Made by a program: the position numbers and the translations under genes
Shown here: positions 1-9,630 of the stretch, piece after piece
How positions within the stretch are numbered: position 1 is the stretch's first letter
Layout of the letters: each line of letters begins with the position of its first letter
The notes under the pieces: generated by a model
What the model saw: the letters and a program-made list of their open reading frames with translations, nothing else
The model's database searches: none
Told to the model about the DNA's origin: nothing
From: Candidatus Beckwithbacteria bacterium
GTDB taxonomy: Bacteria > Patescibacteriota > Microgenomatia > UBA1400 > CG1-02-47-37
Assembly: GCA_030699295.1 (NCBI GenBank)
Contig: JAUYJQ010000018.1
Location: forward strand, 1-26,226
Direction of reading: 5' to 3'
DNA length: 26,226 nucleotides

Positions 1-166
1 CACCGCCGCCCGTTCCCGCAGCAACTCCCAATACCACCATTTTTATGATAAATTGACCGCCGAAATTTTAGACGCGGCTAAAAATCTGGGCGGCGCGGTC
101 GAGAGAAAGAACCAGATTCACAAAGTTGCCGAAGCCAACAAGGCCTTTGCCCACTTTCGCTGGTAA
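1..166 (+). CDS. rpsG: 30S ribosomal protein S7, C-terminal part (truncated by window edge)
   Basis: The frame starting at nt 2 translates to ...[37 protein letters not shown], the canonical S7 C-terminus. TAA at 164-166. Not in the ORF track. Confidence 0.97.
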   Translation, partial: TAARSRSNSQYHHFYDKLTAEILDAAKNLGGAVERKNQIHKVAEANKAFAHFRW

Positions 167-407
167 TGTTCAAGCTGAGCCAGTTTTTTGCTTCAAAACC
201 TTTTAAAACTTTCACCTTTTTGGTCCCCACCGCCTCGCGCTATTTTTCTGGGCTCTGATTCCATTTCCCTACGATTTTATTGCTGTTATTGCCGGTTATC
301 TTAAAATGCCCTTTTGGCGTTTTTTAATTCCGACATTTTTCGGCCGCTTGTTTCGTTTTCTGGGTTTGGGTTCCGGCACGGTTGCCATTTGGGGAAAAGT
401 CTTTTGA
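166..407 (+). pseudogene. DedA/VTT (YqaA-like) membrane protein fragment, frameshifted or truncated
   Basis: The ATG at 166 overlaps the rpsG stop (TAATG), but its frame stops at 256-258. The -1 frame (207-407) reads ...LALFFWALIPFPYDFIAVIAGYLKMPFWRFLIPTFFGRLFRFLGLG..., matching the DedA/VTT P-x-P-x-D...AG...M...F...GR..RF pattern. That frame has no ATG upstream of the motif. Confidence 0.6.
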
Positions 408-598
408 CCTCTTGAACCGACCACTCCTGGAGTTTTGGTTAACTTGCTGGACAATCGGCCAACAACAGGAACAAATGGGCGAAATGGGAAGACTAGCTCA
501 AGCCAAGGCCGAAGTAGAAGCAGCAACACTCTAAACCTACTTCTTTTCAACGCTACAGCGTCGTCAAAACATAGATTTATCTTCCTGAAGGCCTTAAG

Positions 599-829
599 CT
601 ATTTACATTTTTTCAGCCATTCTGCCAGAGGAATATCCGATTTTTCAATCATCCTTTTGGCATTACTGGGATAAATAGTTTTTGAGTTGAAGATTACTTG
701 CAAAAATTTTACCTTGCCACCGATTATTTTGGAATAAGTTTCGTGAGTGCCCTCGCGATTAACAAATACCCAGCCGTATTTGACTAATAATCTGGCGCAT
801 TTTCCCGGTTTTAAGTTTTTGGGCAGCAT
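599..829 (-). CDS. hicA: HicA-family toxin (type II TA, mRNA interferase)
   Basis: 76 aa and basic. LLVKYGWVFVNREGTHETY matches the HicA L..GW...R..GSH motif with the catalytic His. It lies directly downstream of a HicB-like gene. Confidence 0.8.
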   Translation of the reverse strand: MLPKNLKPGKCARLLVKYGWVFVNREGTHETYSKIIGGKVKFLQVIFNSKTIYPSNAKRMIEKSDIPLAEWLKKCK

Positions 830-838
830 CGAGCTTGT

Positions 839-1207
839 CTATAAATAAGAAAGGCTATTGTCAGAATATGGCTGATTCGTAAATGAGAAAGTGCTTAATT
901 CTTGATGGCGATATCTTTTTTTAGTTGCCAACTTTCGGAATAACTTATCAATACTGATCTTTTCTAAAATATCTAAATATTTTTTATCAACGGGCAAATT
1001 CAAGTATTTGTCCGAAAGCTTCTTTTTTCTCACGGCTTTTAAGTAAGATGTGGCCGCTTCATAAATGCTTTTCTTCAATTTTTCCGGATTTTTACCATAT
1101 TCGACCAAGTCAAAGTTTAAACACGCCGCCGCGTATTCAGACCTTTCTTTGTAGATGATAAAGTGCAATACGCCACTTTTTTTGGTGTTATACACTGCGG
1201 GAATCAT
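839..1207 (-). CDS. hicB: HicB-like antitoxin
   Basis: FIIYKERSEYAAACLNFDLVEYGKNPEKLKKSIYEAATSYL resembles the HicB N-terminal partial RNase H fold. The start is placed at ATG 1207 (122 aa) rather than 1363 because a -10 box lies 7 nt upstream of it. Confidence 0.72.
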   Translation of the reverse strand: MIPAVYNTKKSGVLHFIIYKERSEYAAACLNFDLVEYGKNPEKLKKSIYEAATSYLKAVRKKKLSDKYLNLPVDKKYLDILEKISIDKLFRKLATKKRYRHQELSTFSFTNQPYSDNSLSYL

Positions 1208-1214
1208 ATAGTTA

Positions 1215-1243
1215 ATTATGGCACATTGTGTCAACAATGTCTT
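1215..1243 (-). promoter_or_regulatory. Candidate sigma70 promoter with overlapping palindromic operator for hicBA
   Basis: The minus strand reads AAGACA-17 nt-CATAAT with an extended TG (TGcCATAAT). A perfect inverted repeat ACATTGT-4 nt-ACAATGT lies at 1223-1240. Confidence 0.6.
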
Positions 1244-1343
1244 AACCTCTTGTTTTTTCCAAAGAGAGGAGTAATATTTTGCCAATGAAAGATGTTTTAA
1301 CTCTTGGTCAACAGCAAGAACAAATGGGTTTCTACTCTGAAGA

Positions 1344-1769
1344 CTATTCGGCGACCTCGCCAACGATTCTGACTTCTTTTACCGGCTGGCCATTTACTTT
1401 AATTGTTAAACTAAGAATTGCCCCGTAATGAAAAAATATTTCCGCCCTGCTGCCTTCAGTGTAAGCCCGATCGTTTATGATCGTTACTGGTCCGGTAGTA
1501 ACTGGTTTATCTCTGACAATTAACCCCATTCCATCTGAAAATACCTCTGCTTCTCCGTTGCTGAGAATGCCGATACCGCCTCCCGGTCCGGTTTGAAAAT
1601 CGAAATAAACTCCCTCGTGCTCTTTGCCGCCTTCTGGTTGCCACAGGGGAATGTCAGTATCATAAAAATCTCTAAACCCCTTTTGATGCTCGGTCCAGCT
1701 TATGCTCGGTTCTTGCTCCTTGCCACTTATTGGTTCTCGGGTGAAGATTTGAAAGTTTATGTGGCTCAT
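1344..1769 (-). CDS. Hypothetical protein (141 aa, Gly-rich, probably beta-rich)
   Basis: Open frame. The start is moved to ATG 1769 (MSHINFQ...) because the longer ORF runs through the fusA promoter and start. No family recognised. Confidence 0.65.
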   Translation of the reverse strand: MSHINFQIFTREPISGKEQEPSISWTEHQKGFRDFYDTDIPLWQPEGGKEHEGVYFDFQTGPGGGIGILSNGEAEVFSDGMGLIVRDKPVTTGPVTIINDRAYTEGSRAEIFFHYGAILSLTIKVNGQPVKEVRIVGEVAE

Positions 1770-1793
1770 AAAAAATCTCTGCTTGGGCAGAGA
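1770..1793 (-). promoter_or_regulatory. Terminator-like hairpin plus U-tract abutting the start codon of the 141-aa gene
   Basis: The minus strand reads TCTCTGC-CCAA-GCAGAGA-TTTTTT-ATG. Confidence 0.5.
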
Positions 1794-1800
1794 CAAGCTT

Positions 1801-1844
1801 AATATACCCCAGCCTCGACAAAAGTCAAGAGGGCGTGCTACAAT
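1801..1844. promoter_or_regulatory. Overlapping divergent sigma70 promoter candidates (fusA on +, 141-aa gene on -)
   Basis: Plus strand: TCGACA(1815-1820)-18 nt-TACAAT(1839-1844) with extended TG. Minus strand: TTGACT(1828-1823)-16 nt-TATATT(1806-1801). Confidence 0.55.
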
Positions 1845-1865
1845 CGCGCTAATATAAGTTAAAAT

Positions 1866-1892
1866 ACTGCTTATAGGACGAGCAGTTTTTTT
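1866..1892 (+). promoter_or_regulatory. Terminator/attenuator-like hairpin plus U-tract abutting the fusA start
   Basis: ACTGCT-9 nt-AGCAGT, then TTTTTT, then ATG at 1893. Confidence 0.5.
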
Positions 1893-4037
1893 ATGACTGA
1901 TCAATCAAATACCGCCTCAAAGCGCCACGTGCCATTGGATAAAATCAGAAACATCGGCATTATTGCCCATATTGATGCCGGCAAAACCACCACTACCGAG
2001 CGGATCCTTTTCTATACCGGCAAGACTTACAAGATTGGGGATATCGACGAGGGGACGACTCAAATGGACTGGATGGAACAGGAAAAAGAGCGGGGTATTA
2101 CTATCGTTTCGGCGGCCACCACCGCCTTTTGGACTCCGATCATGGCCGGCGCCGCCTCTCAGGATGAGTATCGGATCAACATCATCGACACTCCCGGTCA
2201 CGTCGACTTTACCGCCGAGGTGGAACGCTCTTTACGGGTGTTAGACGGCGGCATCACGGTTTTAGACGCCGAAGAAGGCGTCCAATCCCAGTCGGAAACA
2301 GTCTGGCACCAAGCTGATAAATACAACGTTCCCCGCCTCTGTTTTGTCAACAAAATGGATAAACTCGGGGCCGATTTTATGGCCACAGTGACCGATATTA
2401 AAGACCGCCTGGGGGCTCATCCGGCCATCATGGCCCTGCCGATCGGAGCCGAGTCTACCTTTAAAGGCGTAGTTTTGCTCCTCGAGCAAAAAGCCATCAT
2501 CTGGCACGGCGACGAAACCGGCGCCAAATATGATATCGTCGATATTCCCGAAGACATGCTGGCTGATGCCAAAAAATACCGCACTCTGTTGATCGAACAA
2601 ATCAGCGAACACGATGATAAATTACTGGAAAAATTCTTAAACGGCACCGAGCCGACCATGGAGGAGCTCCAGCAAACCCTAAGACAGGCAACTTTAGCCT
2701 ATAAACTGGTACCAATTTACTGTGGTTCGTCTCTGCGCAACAAAGGCGTCCAGCCTTTGCTCGACGCCGTGGTCCACTATCTGCCCAGTCCTTTGGATAT
2801 TAAAGATGTCAAGGGCACTAATCCCAAAACTAAGGCCGAAGAATTCCGCTCTAATAAAGTCGAAGCGCCGTTTTCTGCCCTGGCTTTTAAAGTCCAGACC
2901 GATCCCCACGTCGGCCGCTTAACCTACATCCGGGTTTACTCGGGTACGCTTAAGGCCGGCAGCTATGCCTATAACTCCACCCGGCAGGAAAAAGAACGCG
3001 TTGGCCGTCTGCTACTGATGCATGCCAACACCCGCGAGGAAATCCCCGAGGCCTTTGCCGGCGAAATTGTCGCCGTCGTCGGTTTAAAACAAACCACCAC
3101 CGGCGATACTCTCTGTGACGACACCCAGCCGATCATTTTAGAAGGCATTTCCTTTACCGATCCGGTCATTTCTCTGGCGATTGAACCGAAAACCAAGGCC
3201 GACCAGGAAAAAATGGGCTACGCTTTAAAGCGTTTAGCCGACGAAGACCCGACTTTTACCATCAAGTCCGACCCGGATACCGGCCAAACACTAATATCCG
3301 GCATGGGCGAGCTTCACCTGGAGATTTTAGTCGACCGGATGAAACGGGAATTCCATGTGGAAGCCAATACCGGTAAGCCCCAGGTGGCCTATAAAGAAAC
3401 CATTACCAAAATAGCCGAGGCCGAAGGCAAGTACATCCGCCAGTCCGGCGGCCGGGGCCAGTACGGCCACTGTTTCTTGCGGGTCGAGCCCCAAGACAGG
3501 GGCATGGGTTATGAGTTTGTTTCCGAAGTGGTCGGTGGCACCATTCCCAAAGAGTTTATTCCGGCTATTCAAAAGGGTGTCAAAGAGGCTTTGGAAAACG
3601 GCGTCATTGCCGGCCACCCGTTGGTGGATATGAAAGTGGCGGTTACCGACGGCTCTTACCACGAAGTCGACTCCTCAGAAATTGCTTTTAAGATTGCCGG
3701 CTCCCAGGCTTTGAAAGCGGCGGTTAGAGCCGCCGGCCCAGTACTATTGGAACCGATTATGAAAGTGGAAGTCTCCACCCCGGAAGAGTTTATGGGGGAG
3801 ATTATCGGCGATCTGTCCAGTAAACGGGCCCAAATTTTGGGTACTAATAAACGGGGGAAGATCACCGTGGTGACTGCCTTGGTGCCCTTGGCTGAATTGA
3901 CCCAATACGTCACCATCATCCGTTCGATGACTCAGGGCCGGGCCAGTTTTTACATGGAGCCGTCGCATTATCAAGAGGTGCCGCAAAACATCACCGAAGC
4001 GATTATTGCCAAAAACAAGCCCCATGAGGTACAATAG
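1893..4037 (+). CDS. fusA: Elongation factor G
   Basis: [40 protein letters not shown] and GRGQYGH motifs; 714 aa. Confidence 0.99.
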   Translation: MTDQSNTASKRHVPLDKIRNIGIIAHIDAGKTTTTERILFYTGKTYKIGDIDEGTTQMDWMEQEKERGITIVSAATTAFWTPIMAGAASQDEYRINIIDTPGHVDFTAEVERSLRVLDGGITVLDAEEGVQSQSETVWHQADKYNVPRLCFVNKMDKLGADFMATVTDIKDRLGAHPAIMALPIGAESTFKGVVLLLEQKAIIWHGDETGAKYDIVDIPEDMLADAKKYRTLLIEQISEHDDKLLEKFLNGTEPTMEELQQTLRQATLAYKLVPIYCGSSLRNKGVQPLLDAVVHYLPSPLDIKDVKGTNPKTKAEEFRSNKVEAPFSALAFKVQTDPHVGRLTYIRVYSGTLKAGSYAYNSTRQEKERVGRLLLMHANTREEIPEAFAGEIVAVVGLKQTTTGDTLCDDTQPIILEGISFTDPVISLAIEPKTKADQEKMGYALKRLADEDPTFTIKSDPDTGQTLISGMGELHLEILVDRMKREFHVEANTGKPQVAYKETITKIAEAEGKYIRQSGGRGQYGHCFLRVEPQDRGMGYEFVSEVVGGTIPKEFIPAIQKGVKEALENGVIAGHPLVDMKVAVTDGSYHEVDSSEIAFKIAGSQALKAAVRAAGPVLLEPIMKVEVSTPEEFMGEIIGDLSSKRAQILGTNKRGKITVVTALVPLAELTQYVTIIRSMTQGRASFYMEPSHYQEVPQNITEAIIAKNKPHEVQ

Positions 4038-4075
4038 GGAGTTAAAGATAATTTCCTAAAGGAGGAAAAAATAAT

Positions 4076-5254
4076 ATGGCGACATTTCAACGCACCAAGC
4101 CGCACATTAACGTCGGTACCATCGGTCACGTCGACCACGGCAAAACCACTTTGTCGGCGGCGATTACCCAATACTTAGCCAAGAAAAACTTGGCCGAGGC
4201 GATGAAGTTTGAGGATATTGACAAGTCTCCTGAGGAAAGAGAGCGGGGCATTACCATCTCGATTACTCACTTGGAGTATGAGACGGAAAAACGCCACTAC
4301 GCCCACATCGATTGCCCGGGCCATAAAGACTATATCAAGAACATGATCACCGGTGCCGCCCAAATGGATGGTGCAATTTTGGTGGTCGCGGCCACTGACG
4401 GCCCGATGCCCCAAACCCGGGAGCATCTTTTACTGGCCCGCCAGGTTAATGTTCCGGCCATAGTCGTTTTCTTAAACAAAGTTGACGCTGTTGACGACAA
4501 AGAAATGGTCGACTTGGTTGAAGAGGAAATTCGGGAACTGCTAACCAAGTATGAGTTTCCCGGTAAAACCATTCCTATCATCCGCGGGTCGGCTTTAAAG
4601 GCCCTCGAGGGAGACGCCGAAGCCCAAAAATCAATTGAGGAGTTACTCAAGGCCTTGGACGATAGTATTCCCCAACCGGAACGGCCTTTAGACAAGCCGT
4701 TTTTGATGGCCGTCGAGGACGTGTTCTCGATTAAAGGCCGCGGCACTGTGGCCACCGGTCGGATCGAGCGCGGCAAAGTCAAAGTCGGCGAAGAAATCGA
4801 GATTGTCGGTTTGCGGGCCGCTAAAAAATCCACCGTTACCGGAGTGGAAATGTTTAGGAAACAGCTCGATGAAGGTTTGGCTGGGGATAACGTCGGCATT
4901 CTCCTGCGGGGAGTGGAAAAAGACGATATCGAACGCGGCCAGGTACTGGCCAAAGCCGGTAGCATCACGGCTCACACCGAGTTTGAGGCTCAAGTCTATA
5001 TTTTGAGCAAAGACGAGGGCGGCCGGCACACGCCGTTCTTTACCGGTTACAAGCCGCAGTTTTACATCAGAACCACCGACGTCACCGGCGATGTGTCTCT
5101 GGAAAAGGGCGTGGAAATGGTCATGCCCGGAGATAATGCCAAGATGAACGTCAAGTTGATTCAACCGGTGGCGCTCGAAGATGGCTTAAGGTTTGCCATC
5201 CGCGAGGGCGGCTTAACTGTCGGCGCCGGAGCGATCACCAAAGTGCTTAAGTAA
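4076..5254 (+). CDS. tuf: Elongation factor Tu
   Basis: [34 protein letters not shown] and GGRHTPFF motifs. Shine-Dalgarno AAGGAGG at 4059-4065. Confidence 0.99.
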   Translation: MATFQRTKPHINVGTIGHVDHGKTTLSAAITQYLAKKNLAEAMKFEDIDKSPEERERGITISITHLEYETEKRHYAHIDCPGHKDYIKNMITGAAQMDGAILVVAATDGPMPQTREHLLLARQVNVPAIVVFLNKVDAVDDKEMVDLVEEEIRELLTKYEFPGKTIPIIRGSALKALEGDAEAQKSIEELLKALDDSIPQPERPLDKPFLMAVEDVFSIKGRGTVATGRIERGKVKVGEEIEIVGLRAAKKSTVTGVEMFRKQLDEGLAGDNVGILLRGVEKDDIERGQVLAKAGSITAHTEFEAQVYILSKDEGGRHTPFFTGYKPQFYIRTTDVTGDVSLEKGVEMVMPGDNAKMNVKLIQPVALEDGLRFAIREGGLTVGAGAITKVLK

Positions 5255-5281
5255 GTCGACATTACTAATTAGTTATCAATT

Positions 5282-5317
5282 AGTGCCCCGACTTTTAAGT
5301 CGGGGTCACTGTTTTTT
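5282..5317 (+). terminator. Strong hairpin plus U-tract between tuf and rpsJ (intrinsic terminator or attenuator)
   Basis: AGTG-CCCCGACTT-TT-AAGTCGGGG-T-CACT followed by GTTTTTTGTT and then the rpsJ ATG. Confidence 0.7.
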
Positions 5318-5320
5318 GTT

Positions 5321-5629
5321 ATGCCAAAAGGCAGGATTAGAATTAAATTGAAGTCATATGATCACCGGATCATTGATGAATGCTGCCAAAAAATCCTCGA
5401 TTCAGCCATGTCTACCGGGGCCAAAGTCGTCGGCCCGGTGCCCTTGCCGACCCAAAGAAAGTTGATCGTCGTGGGTACCAGCCCGCACGCTGATAAAGAC
5501 GCCCGGGAGCACTTTCAGCTCTTAGTCCACAAGCGCCTGGTGGATATTATTGACTCGACTGATAAAACCATTGATAGCTTGATGCACTTAGAGTTGCCTG
5601 CCGGGGTGGGAATCGAAATTCGCATGTAA
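5321..5629 (+). CDS. rpsJ: 30S ribosomal protein S10
   Basis: RIRIKLKSYDH, GPVPLPT, SPH, HKRLVDI and LPAGVGIEI motifs. Confidence 0.98.
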   Translation: MPKGRIRIKLKSYDHRIIDECCQKILDSAMSTGAKVVGPVPLPTQRKLIVVGTSPHADKDAREHFQLLVHKRLVDIIDSTDKTIDSLMHLELPAGVGIEIRM

Positions 5630-5637
5630 AGGCGTTT

Positions 5638-6192
5638 ATGAAGACATTTTTTGCTACCAAACTTGCCACTACCAGTATCTTTACCGATAGCGGCCGGCGG
5701 CGAACAGTTACCAATGTTTTAGCCGGGCCGCTTAAAGTTACCCAGGTCAAGACAAAAGAGCGCGATGGCTACTTTGCCGTCCAGGTGTCTTTTGGCAAGA
5801 CCAAGCGGGAGATTCGTTTAGCTGACCAGCCTGAAGTTAAAACCGGCGACCAGATTCTGGCCGCCGCTGTTTTTACTGTCGGGGACAAGGTCAAAGTCAC
5901 CGGAGTGTCAAAAGGGCGGGGTTTTGCCGGGGTGATGAAACGCCATGGTTTCCACGGCGGCCCCAAGACCCACGGCCAGTCCGATCGCCAGCGGGCGCCG
6001 GGCTCGATCGGCATGCGCACCACCCCGGGTCGGGTCTGGAAAGGTAAAAAAATGGCCGGCCACTACGGTGTGGATACGGTCACCACTAAAAACTTAACCG
6101 TGATTAATCTTGACGAGGCTAAAAATATTTTGACTGTTTCCGGTACGGTTCCGGGCGGCCGCCATGGTTTACTAACTTTAACTAAACTATGA
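5638..6192 (+). CDS. rplC: 50S ribosomal protein L3 (short, 184 aa)
   Basis: KERDGYFAVQ, GVSKGRGFAGVMKRHGF, THGQSDRQRAPGSIG and KGKKMAGHYG motifs. Confidence 0.98.
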   Translation: MKTFFATKLATTSIFTDSGRRRTVTNVLAGPLKVTQVKTKERDGYFAVQVSFGKTKREIRLADQPEVKTGDQILAAAVFTVGDKVKVTGVSKGRGFAGVMKRHGFHGGPKTHGQSDRQRAPGSIGMRTTPGRVWKGKKMAGHYGVDTVTTKNLTVINLDEAKNILTVSGTVPGGRHGLLTLTKL

Positions 6193-6818
6193 CCTTGATT
6201 CCGGCATTTTCCACCAGCGGCACTAAATTAACTGCGGTCAAGGGTAGTGACAAGCTGTTTAAAGCCAAGATTAACCTGGCCTTGATGGCTCAGGCAGTCA
6301 GGGTTTATATGGGTAATCAGCGGGCCGCTTCGGCTCAGGCCAAAGACAGGAACGAGGTTAACGTTACTCACGCCAAAGTCTGGCGCCAAAAAGGCACCGG
6401 TCGAGCCCGCCACGGCTCTAAAAATGCGCCGATATTTGTCGGCGGCGCCAAAGCTCACGGCCCTTCGGGCCGGCAAAACTATTCCCGGAAATTATCAAAA
6501 CAGCAAAAACAGGTTAGTTTATTTTCAGCCCTGTCAAAACAGTTTAAAGACGGCAATATCTTGGCCGTTGCCGGTTTAGACAAGCTCGAACCAAAAACCA
6601 AAAAGTTTGATCAAGTGATTGACAAGTTAAAGCTTGATAAGAAAAACCTATTATTACTGCTTAATAAAGATAAGTTATCTCTCAAAAGGGGCACCCGCAA
6701 TTTGCCTTATCTGATGACTGATTTAGTCACTAACCTGACGACTTATACCGCTCTTCGGGCTAAAAAAATAATTTTTACCAAAGACAGCTTAGAGGCAATG
6801 GAAACACACTATGCCTAA
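6189..6818 (+). CDS. rplD: 50S ribosomal protein L4
   Basis: KVWRQKGTGRARHGS, PIFVGGAKAHGP; position after rplC. Confidence 0.98.
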   Translation: MTLIPAFSTSGTKLTAVKGSDKLFKAKINLALMAQAVRVYMGNQRAASAQAKDRNEVNVTHAKVWRQKGTGRARHGSKNAPIFVGGAKAHGPSGRQNYSRKLSKQQKQVSLFSALSKQFKDGNILAVAGLDKLEPKTKKFDQVIDKLKLDKKNLLLLLNKDKLSLKRGTRNLPYLMTDLVTNLTTYTALRAKKIIFTKDSLEAMETHYA

Positions 6819-7128
6819 CTTAACCTTACTCAAACCGCTCATAACCGAAAAGACCATGCGTTTGGCCCAAGCCGGTCAGTTTACCTTTAATGTGGCCATT
6901 GCCGCCGCCAAGGGAGCCATTGCCCAGACGGTTGCCACTCAGTTTAAGGTCAATGTGGTTAAAGTCACCACTCTCGGAGTCACCGGCAAAACCAGAAGAA
7001 CCGGTAAAAGGCGCTTGGCGTCAAAGCTGCCGGAGCGTAAAAAAGCCGTGGTCACCCTTAAGGCTGGCCAGATGATCGATTATTTTAAGTTGCCGGAAAA
7101 AGACAAGAAAGCCAAGCCAAAGAAGTAA
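6811..7128 (+). CDS. rplW: 50S ribosomal protein L23
   Basis: LKPLITEKT, FTFNV, FKVNVVKVTT and KKAVVTLK motifs. Confidence 0.96.
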   Translation: MPNLTLLKPLITEKTMRLAQAGQFTFNVAIAAAKGAIAQTVATQFKVNVVKVTTLGVTGKTRRTGKRRLASKLPERKKAVVTLKAGQMIDYFKLPEKDKKAKPKK

Positions 7129-7129
7129 T

Positions 7130-7960
7130 ATGATACTCAAACGTTCCCGCGCCACCAACCCCTCCCGCCGCCACCGGCTCGATATTAATTATCGGGAGGT
7201 TTTGACCCCGCGCGCTAAGGGGGCCAAGCGCCTGCGGGTGATGTTTAAAAATCACGCCGGCAGAAACCACTCGGGTAAAGTGACCATGCGCCATCAGGGC
7301 GGCGGCCACAAACAGCTCTACCGGGTGATTGATTTTAAACGCGACAAAAAAGACATTCCCGCTAAAGTTTCCAGCATTGAGTACGACCCCAACCGTTCCA
7401 GCTTTATTGCTTTATTAATTTACATCGATGGGGCCAAAAGATATATTCTGGCTCCCCAGGGGTTAGCCGTCGGCCAGGTGGTCATGTCCGGCCCCAAAGC
7501 GCCCATGCGCCCGGGTAATGCCCTGCCTTTAAACCGGATCCCGGTGGGCACACCGGTTCACAACCTGGAAGTCACTCCCGGCAAGGGTGGTCAGCTGTGC
7601 CGCTCAGCCGGCAACAGCGCTATCTTGCAAAGCAAAGATAAGTTCGCCGTGGTTAAGTTGCCTTCAGGTGAAGTTCGGCAGCTGCCCTTGCCTGCCTATG
7701 CTACAATCGGCGTAGTCAGTAACCCTGATCATCAGAATATTTCTTTAGGTAAAGCCGGTCGGAAGCGCCACTTAGGCATTCGTCCCACTGTTCGCGGCAC
7801 GGCCCAACATCCGGACTCGCACCCTCACGGCGGCGGGGAAGGTCGTTCGGGCATTGGTCGGCCGTCACCGCTGTCTCCGTGGGGCAAGAAAACTTTAGGC
7901 AAGAAGACCAGGCGGCCCAAGAAATATTCCAACAAGTATATTTATGGCAAGAAGCAGTAA
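7130..7960 (+). CDS. rplB: 50S ribosomal protein L2
   Basis: [30 protein letters not shown] and HPHGGGEG motifs. Confidence 0.99.
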   Translation: MILKRSRATNPSRRHRLDINYREVLTPRAKGAKRLRVMFKNHAGRNHSGKVTMRHQGGGHKQLYRVIDFKRDKKDIPAKVSSIEYDPNRSSFIALLIYIDGAKRYILAPQGLAVGQVVMSGPKAPMRPGNALPLNRIPVGTPVHNLEVTPGKGGQLCRSAGNSAILQSKDKFAVVKLPSGEVRQLPLPAYATIGVVSNPDHQNISLGKAGRKRHLGIRPTVRGTAQHPDSHPHGGGEGRSGIGRPSPLSPWGKKTLGKKTRRPKKYSNKYIYGKKQ

Positions 7961-8228
7961 AAAAGGACCATACGTTGACCCGAGGCTTTTGGCAAAAATT
8001 GCCAAGCTCAAGGCTAGCGGCAAAAAAGAGCCGATTAAAACCTGGCTGCGTGCCAGCCAGATCGCGCCGGAATTTGTCGGCCAGACGTTTGCAGTCCATA
8101 ATGGTAAAAAATTTATCGAGGTGTTTATCAACGAAGCCATGGTCGGTCACCGCCTGGGCGAGTTTTCACCGACGCGGACCTTTAGGGGCCACGGCAAAAT
8201 GGTCAAACGGATTGTGAGTAAAACTTAA
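7944..8228 (+). CDS. rpsS: 30S ribosomal protein S19
   Basis: [15 protein letters not shown] and [18 protein letters not shown] motifs. Confidence 0.99.
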   Translation: MARSSKKGPYVDPRLLAKIAKLKASGKKEPIKTWLRASQIAPEFVGQTFAVHNGKKFIEVFINEAMVGHRLGEFSPTRTFRGHGKMVKRIVSKT

Positions 8229-8234
8229 AAACAT

Positions 8235-8585
8235 ATGTTAATCAGAGCGCAAAGCACCAATATCAGAACCAGTCCCCGGAAACTCCGCTTGGTGGCTGAT
8301 CTGGTCCGGCCCTTGTCCTTAGACGAGGCTTTAGTTACCTTGAAGCACATAAGAAAACGGGCCGCTCTGCCTTTGGGGAAAACCTTAAGGCAAGCCCAGG
8401 CTAATGCGGTCAGCAACTTTAATCTCCCCAAAGATAAGTTAACCATTAAAACCATTGAGATTAATGTCGGCCCCGTTTATAAGCGCGGCCGGGCGGTCAG
8501 CAAAGGCCGGGGGCACTCGATTAAGAAACGCACCAGCCACATTAAAGTAGTTTTGGAGGGGAATGGGCCAAAAAGTAAATCCTAA
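8235..8585 (+). CDS. rplV: 50S ribosomal protein L22
   Basis: IRTSPRKLRLVADLVR and IKKRTSHIKVVL motifs. Confidence 0.98.
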   Translation: MLIRAQSTNIRTSPRKLRLVADLVRPLSLDEALVTLKHIRKRAALPLGKTLRQAQANAVSNFNLPKDKLTIKTIEINVGPVYKRGRAVSKGRGHSIKKRTSHIKVVLEGNGPKSKS

Positions 8586-9219
8586 AAGTTTCCGTATGGG
8601 CAGCCTGTTTACCTGGTCAAGCAACTGGTATGCCAAAAAAGGCGACTACAGCCGTTTCTTACTCGAAGACGTTAAGTTGCGGCAATGGCTGTTCGAGCGT
8701 TTGAAATTGGCGGGCATCACTGAGATTAAGATTGACCGGTCGATCAATACTGTCAAAGTGACTTTATCGGTGGCCCGGCCGGGCGTGGTTATCGGCCGGG
8801 GCGGCTCGGGCCTGGAGGAATTAAAAAAAGAAATTGTCAAACGCTTGAAAAATCTGCCGGTCGGCAAGCAGGCCCCTAAGTTGGAACTGCAGGTGGTCGA
8901 GGTCAAAAATCCCGACCTGTCAGCCCGGTTAATTGGTTTAAGGTTGGCCGATCAGCTGCTGCGGCGTTACCCTCACCGCCGGGCGATTGCCCAGCTGCTG
9001 GAAAAAACTATGGCTGCCGGGGCCAAGGGGATTAAAATCATGTTGGCCGGCCGAATCAACGGCGCCGAGATTTCCCGCAAAGAAAAATACTTCAAAGGCT
9101 CGATGCCCTTGTCTACCTTGAGGTCAGACATCGACTATTTCGAGCAACCGGCTTTTACCCAAATGGGCTACGTCGGCATTAAAATCTGGATCTATACCGG
9201 AGAGAGGGCGATGCCCTAA
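8563..9219 (+). CDS. rpsC: 30S ribosomal protein S3
   Basis: MGQKVNP, RPGVVIGRGG, GRINGAEISR and PLSTLRSDIDY motifs. Confidence 0.99.
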   Translation: MGQKVNPKSFRMGSLFTWSSNWYAKKGDYSRFLLEDVKLRQWLFERLKLAGITEIKIDRSINTVKVTLSVARPGVVIGRGGSGLEELKKEIVKRLKNLPVGKQAPKLELQVVEVKNPDLSARLIGLRLADQLLRRYPHRRAIAQLLEKTMAAGAKGIKIMLAGRINGAEISRKEKYFKGSMPLSTLRSDIDYFEQPAFTQMGYVGIKIWIYTGERAMP

Positions 9220-9222
9220 ATT

Positions 9223-9630
9223 ATGCTGCAGCCCAAACGACAAAAATACCGCAAACAGTTCCGGGGCACCATGGCCGGAAACGCCAACTCCGGCAATCAC
9301 CTGGAATTCGGCGAGTTTGGTCTAAAAAGCCTGTCTCGGGGCTGGCTGACTGCCAGGCAGATCGAGGCCGCCAGGAAAACTATCGCCCACGAGACGAAAA
9401 GAATCGGCAAGGTTTGGCTGCGGGTGTTTCCTGATAAGCCCTACACCAAAAAAGGCGCCGGCGTCCGCATGGGCGGCGGCAAAGGCGAGATCGAAGGCTA
9501 TGTGGCCGTCATTCGCCCGGGCAGAATGCTTTTTGAGCTGGGCGGCGTCACCGCCGAGTTGGCCCGCGAAGCCTTTCGTCTGGCCGGGCGGAAGTTATCT
9601 TTGAAAACCAAATTTATCCAAAGGTTATGA
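9223..9630 (+). CDS. rplP: 50S ribosomal protein L16
   Basis: [28 protein letters not shown] and RMGGGKG motifs. Confidence 0.99.
   Translation: MLQPKRQKYRKQFRGTMAGNANSGNHLEFGEFGLKSLSRGWLTARQIEAARKTIAHETKRIGKVWLRVFPDKPYTKKGAGVRMGGGKGEIEGYVAVIRPGRMLFELGGVTAELAREAFRLAGRKLSLKTKFIQRL

Noticed and set aside
296-674. ORF-track entries 296..550 (-) and 435..674 (+), and an ATG-less 41-codon frame at 412..534
   Set aside because: None has a recognisable motif. The track ORFs overlap the DedA remnant or hicA on the opposite strand, and the small frame has no supported start.
832-1799. 9-bp inverted repeat AGCTTGTCT (832-840) / AGACAAGCT (1791-1799) as possible element ends
   Set aside because: It is short enough to arise by chance, excludes hicA, and has no transposase or target duplication.
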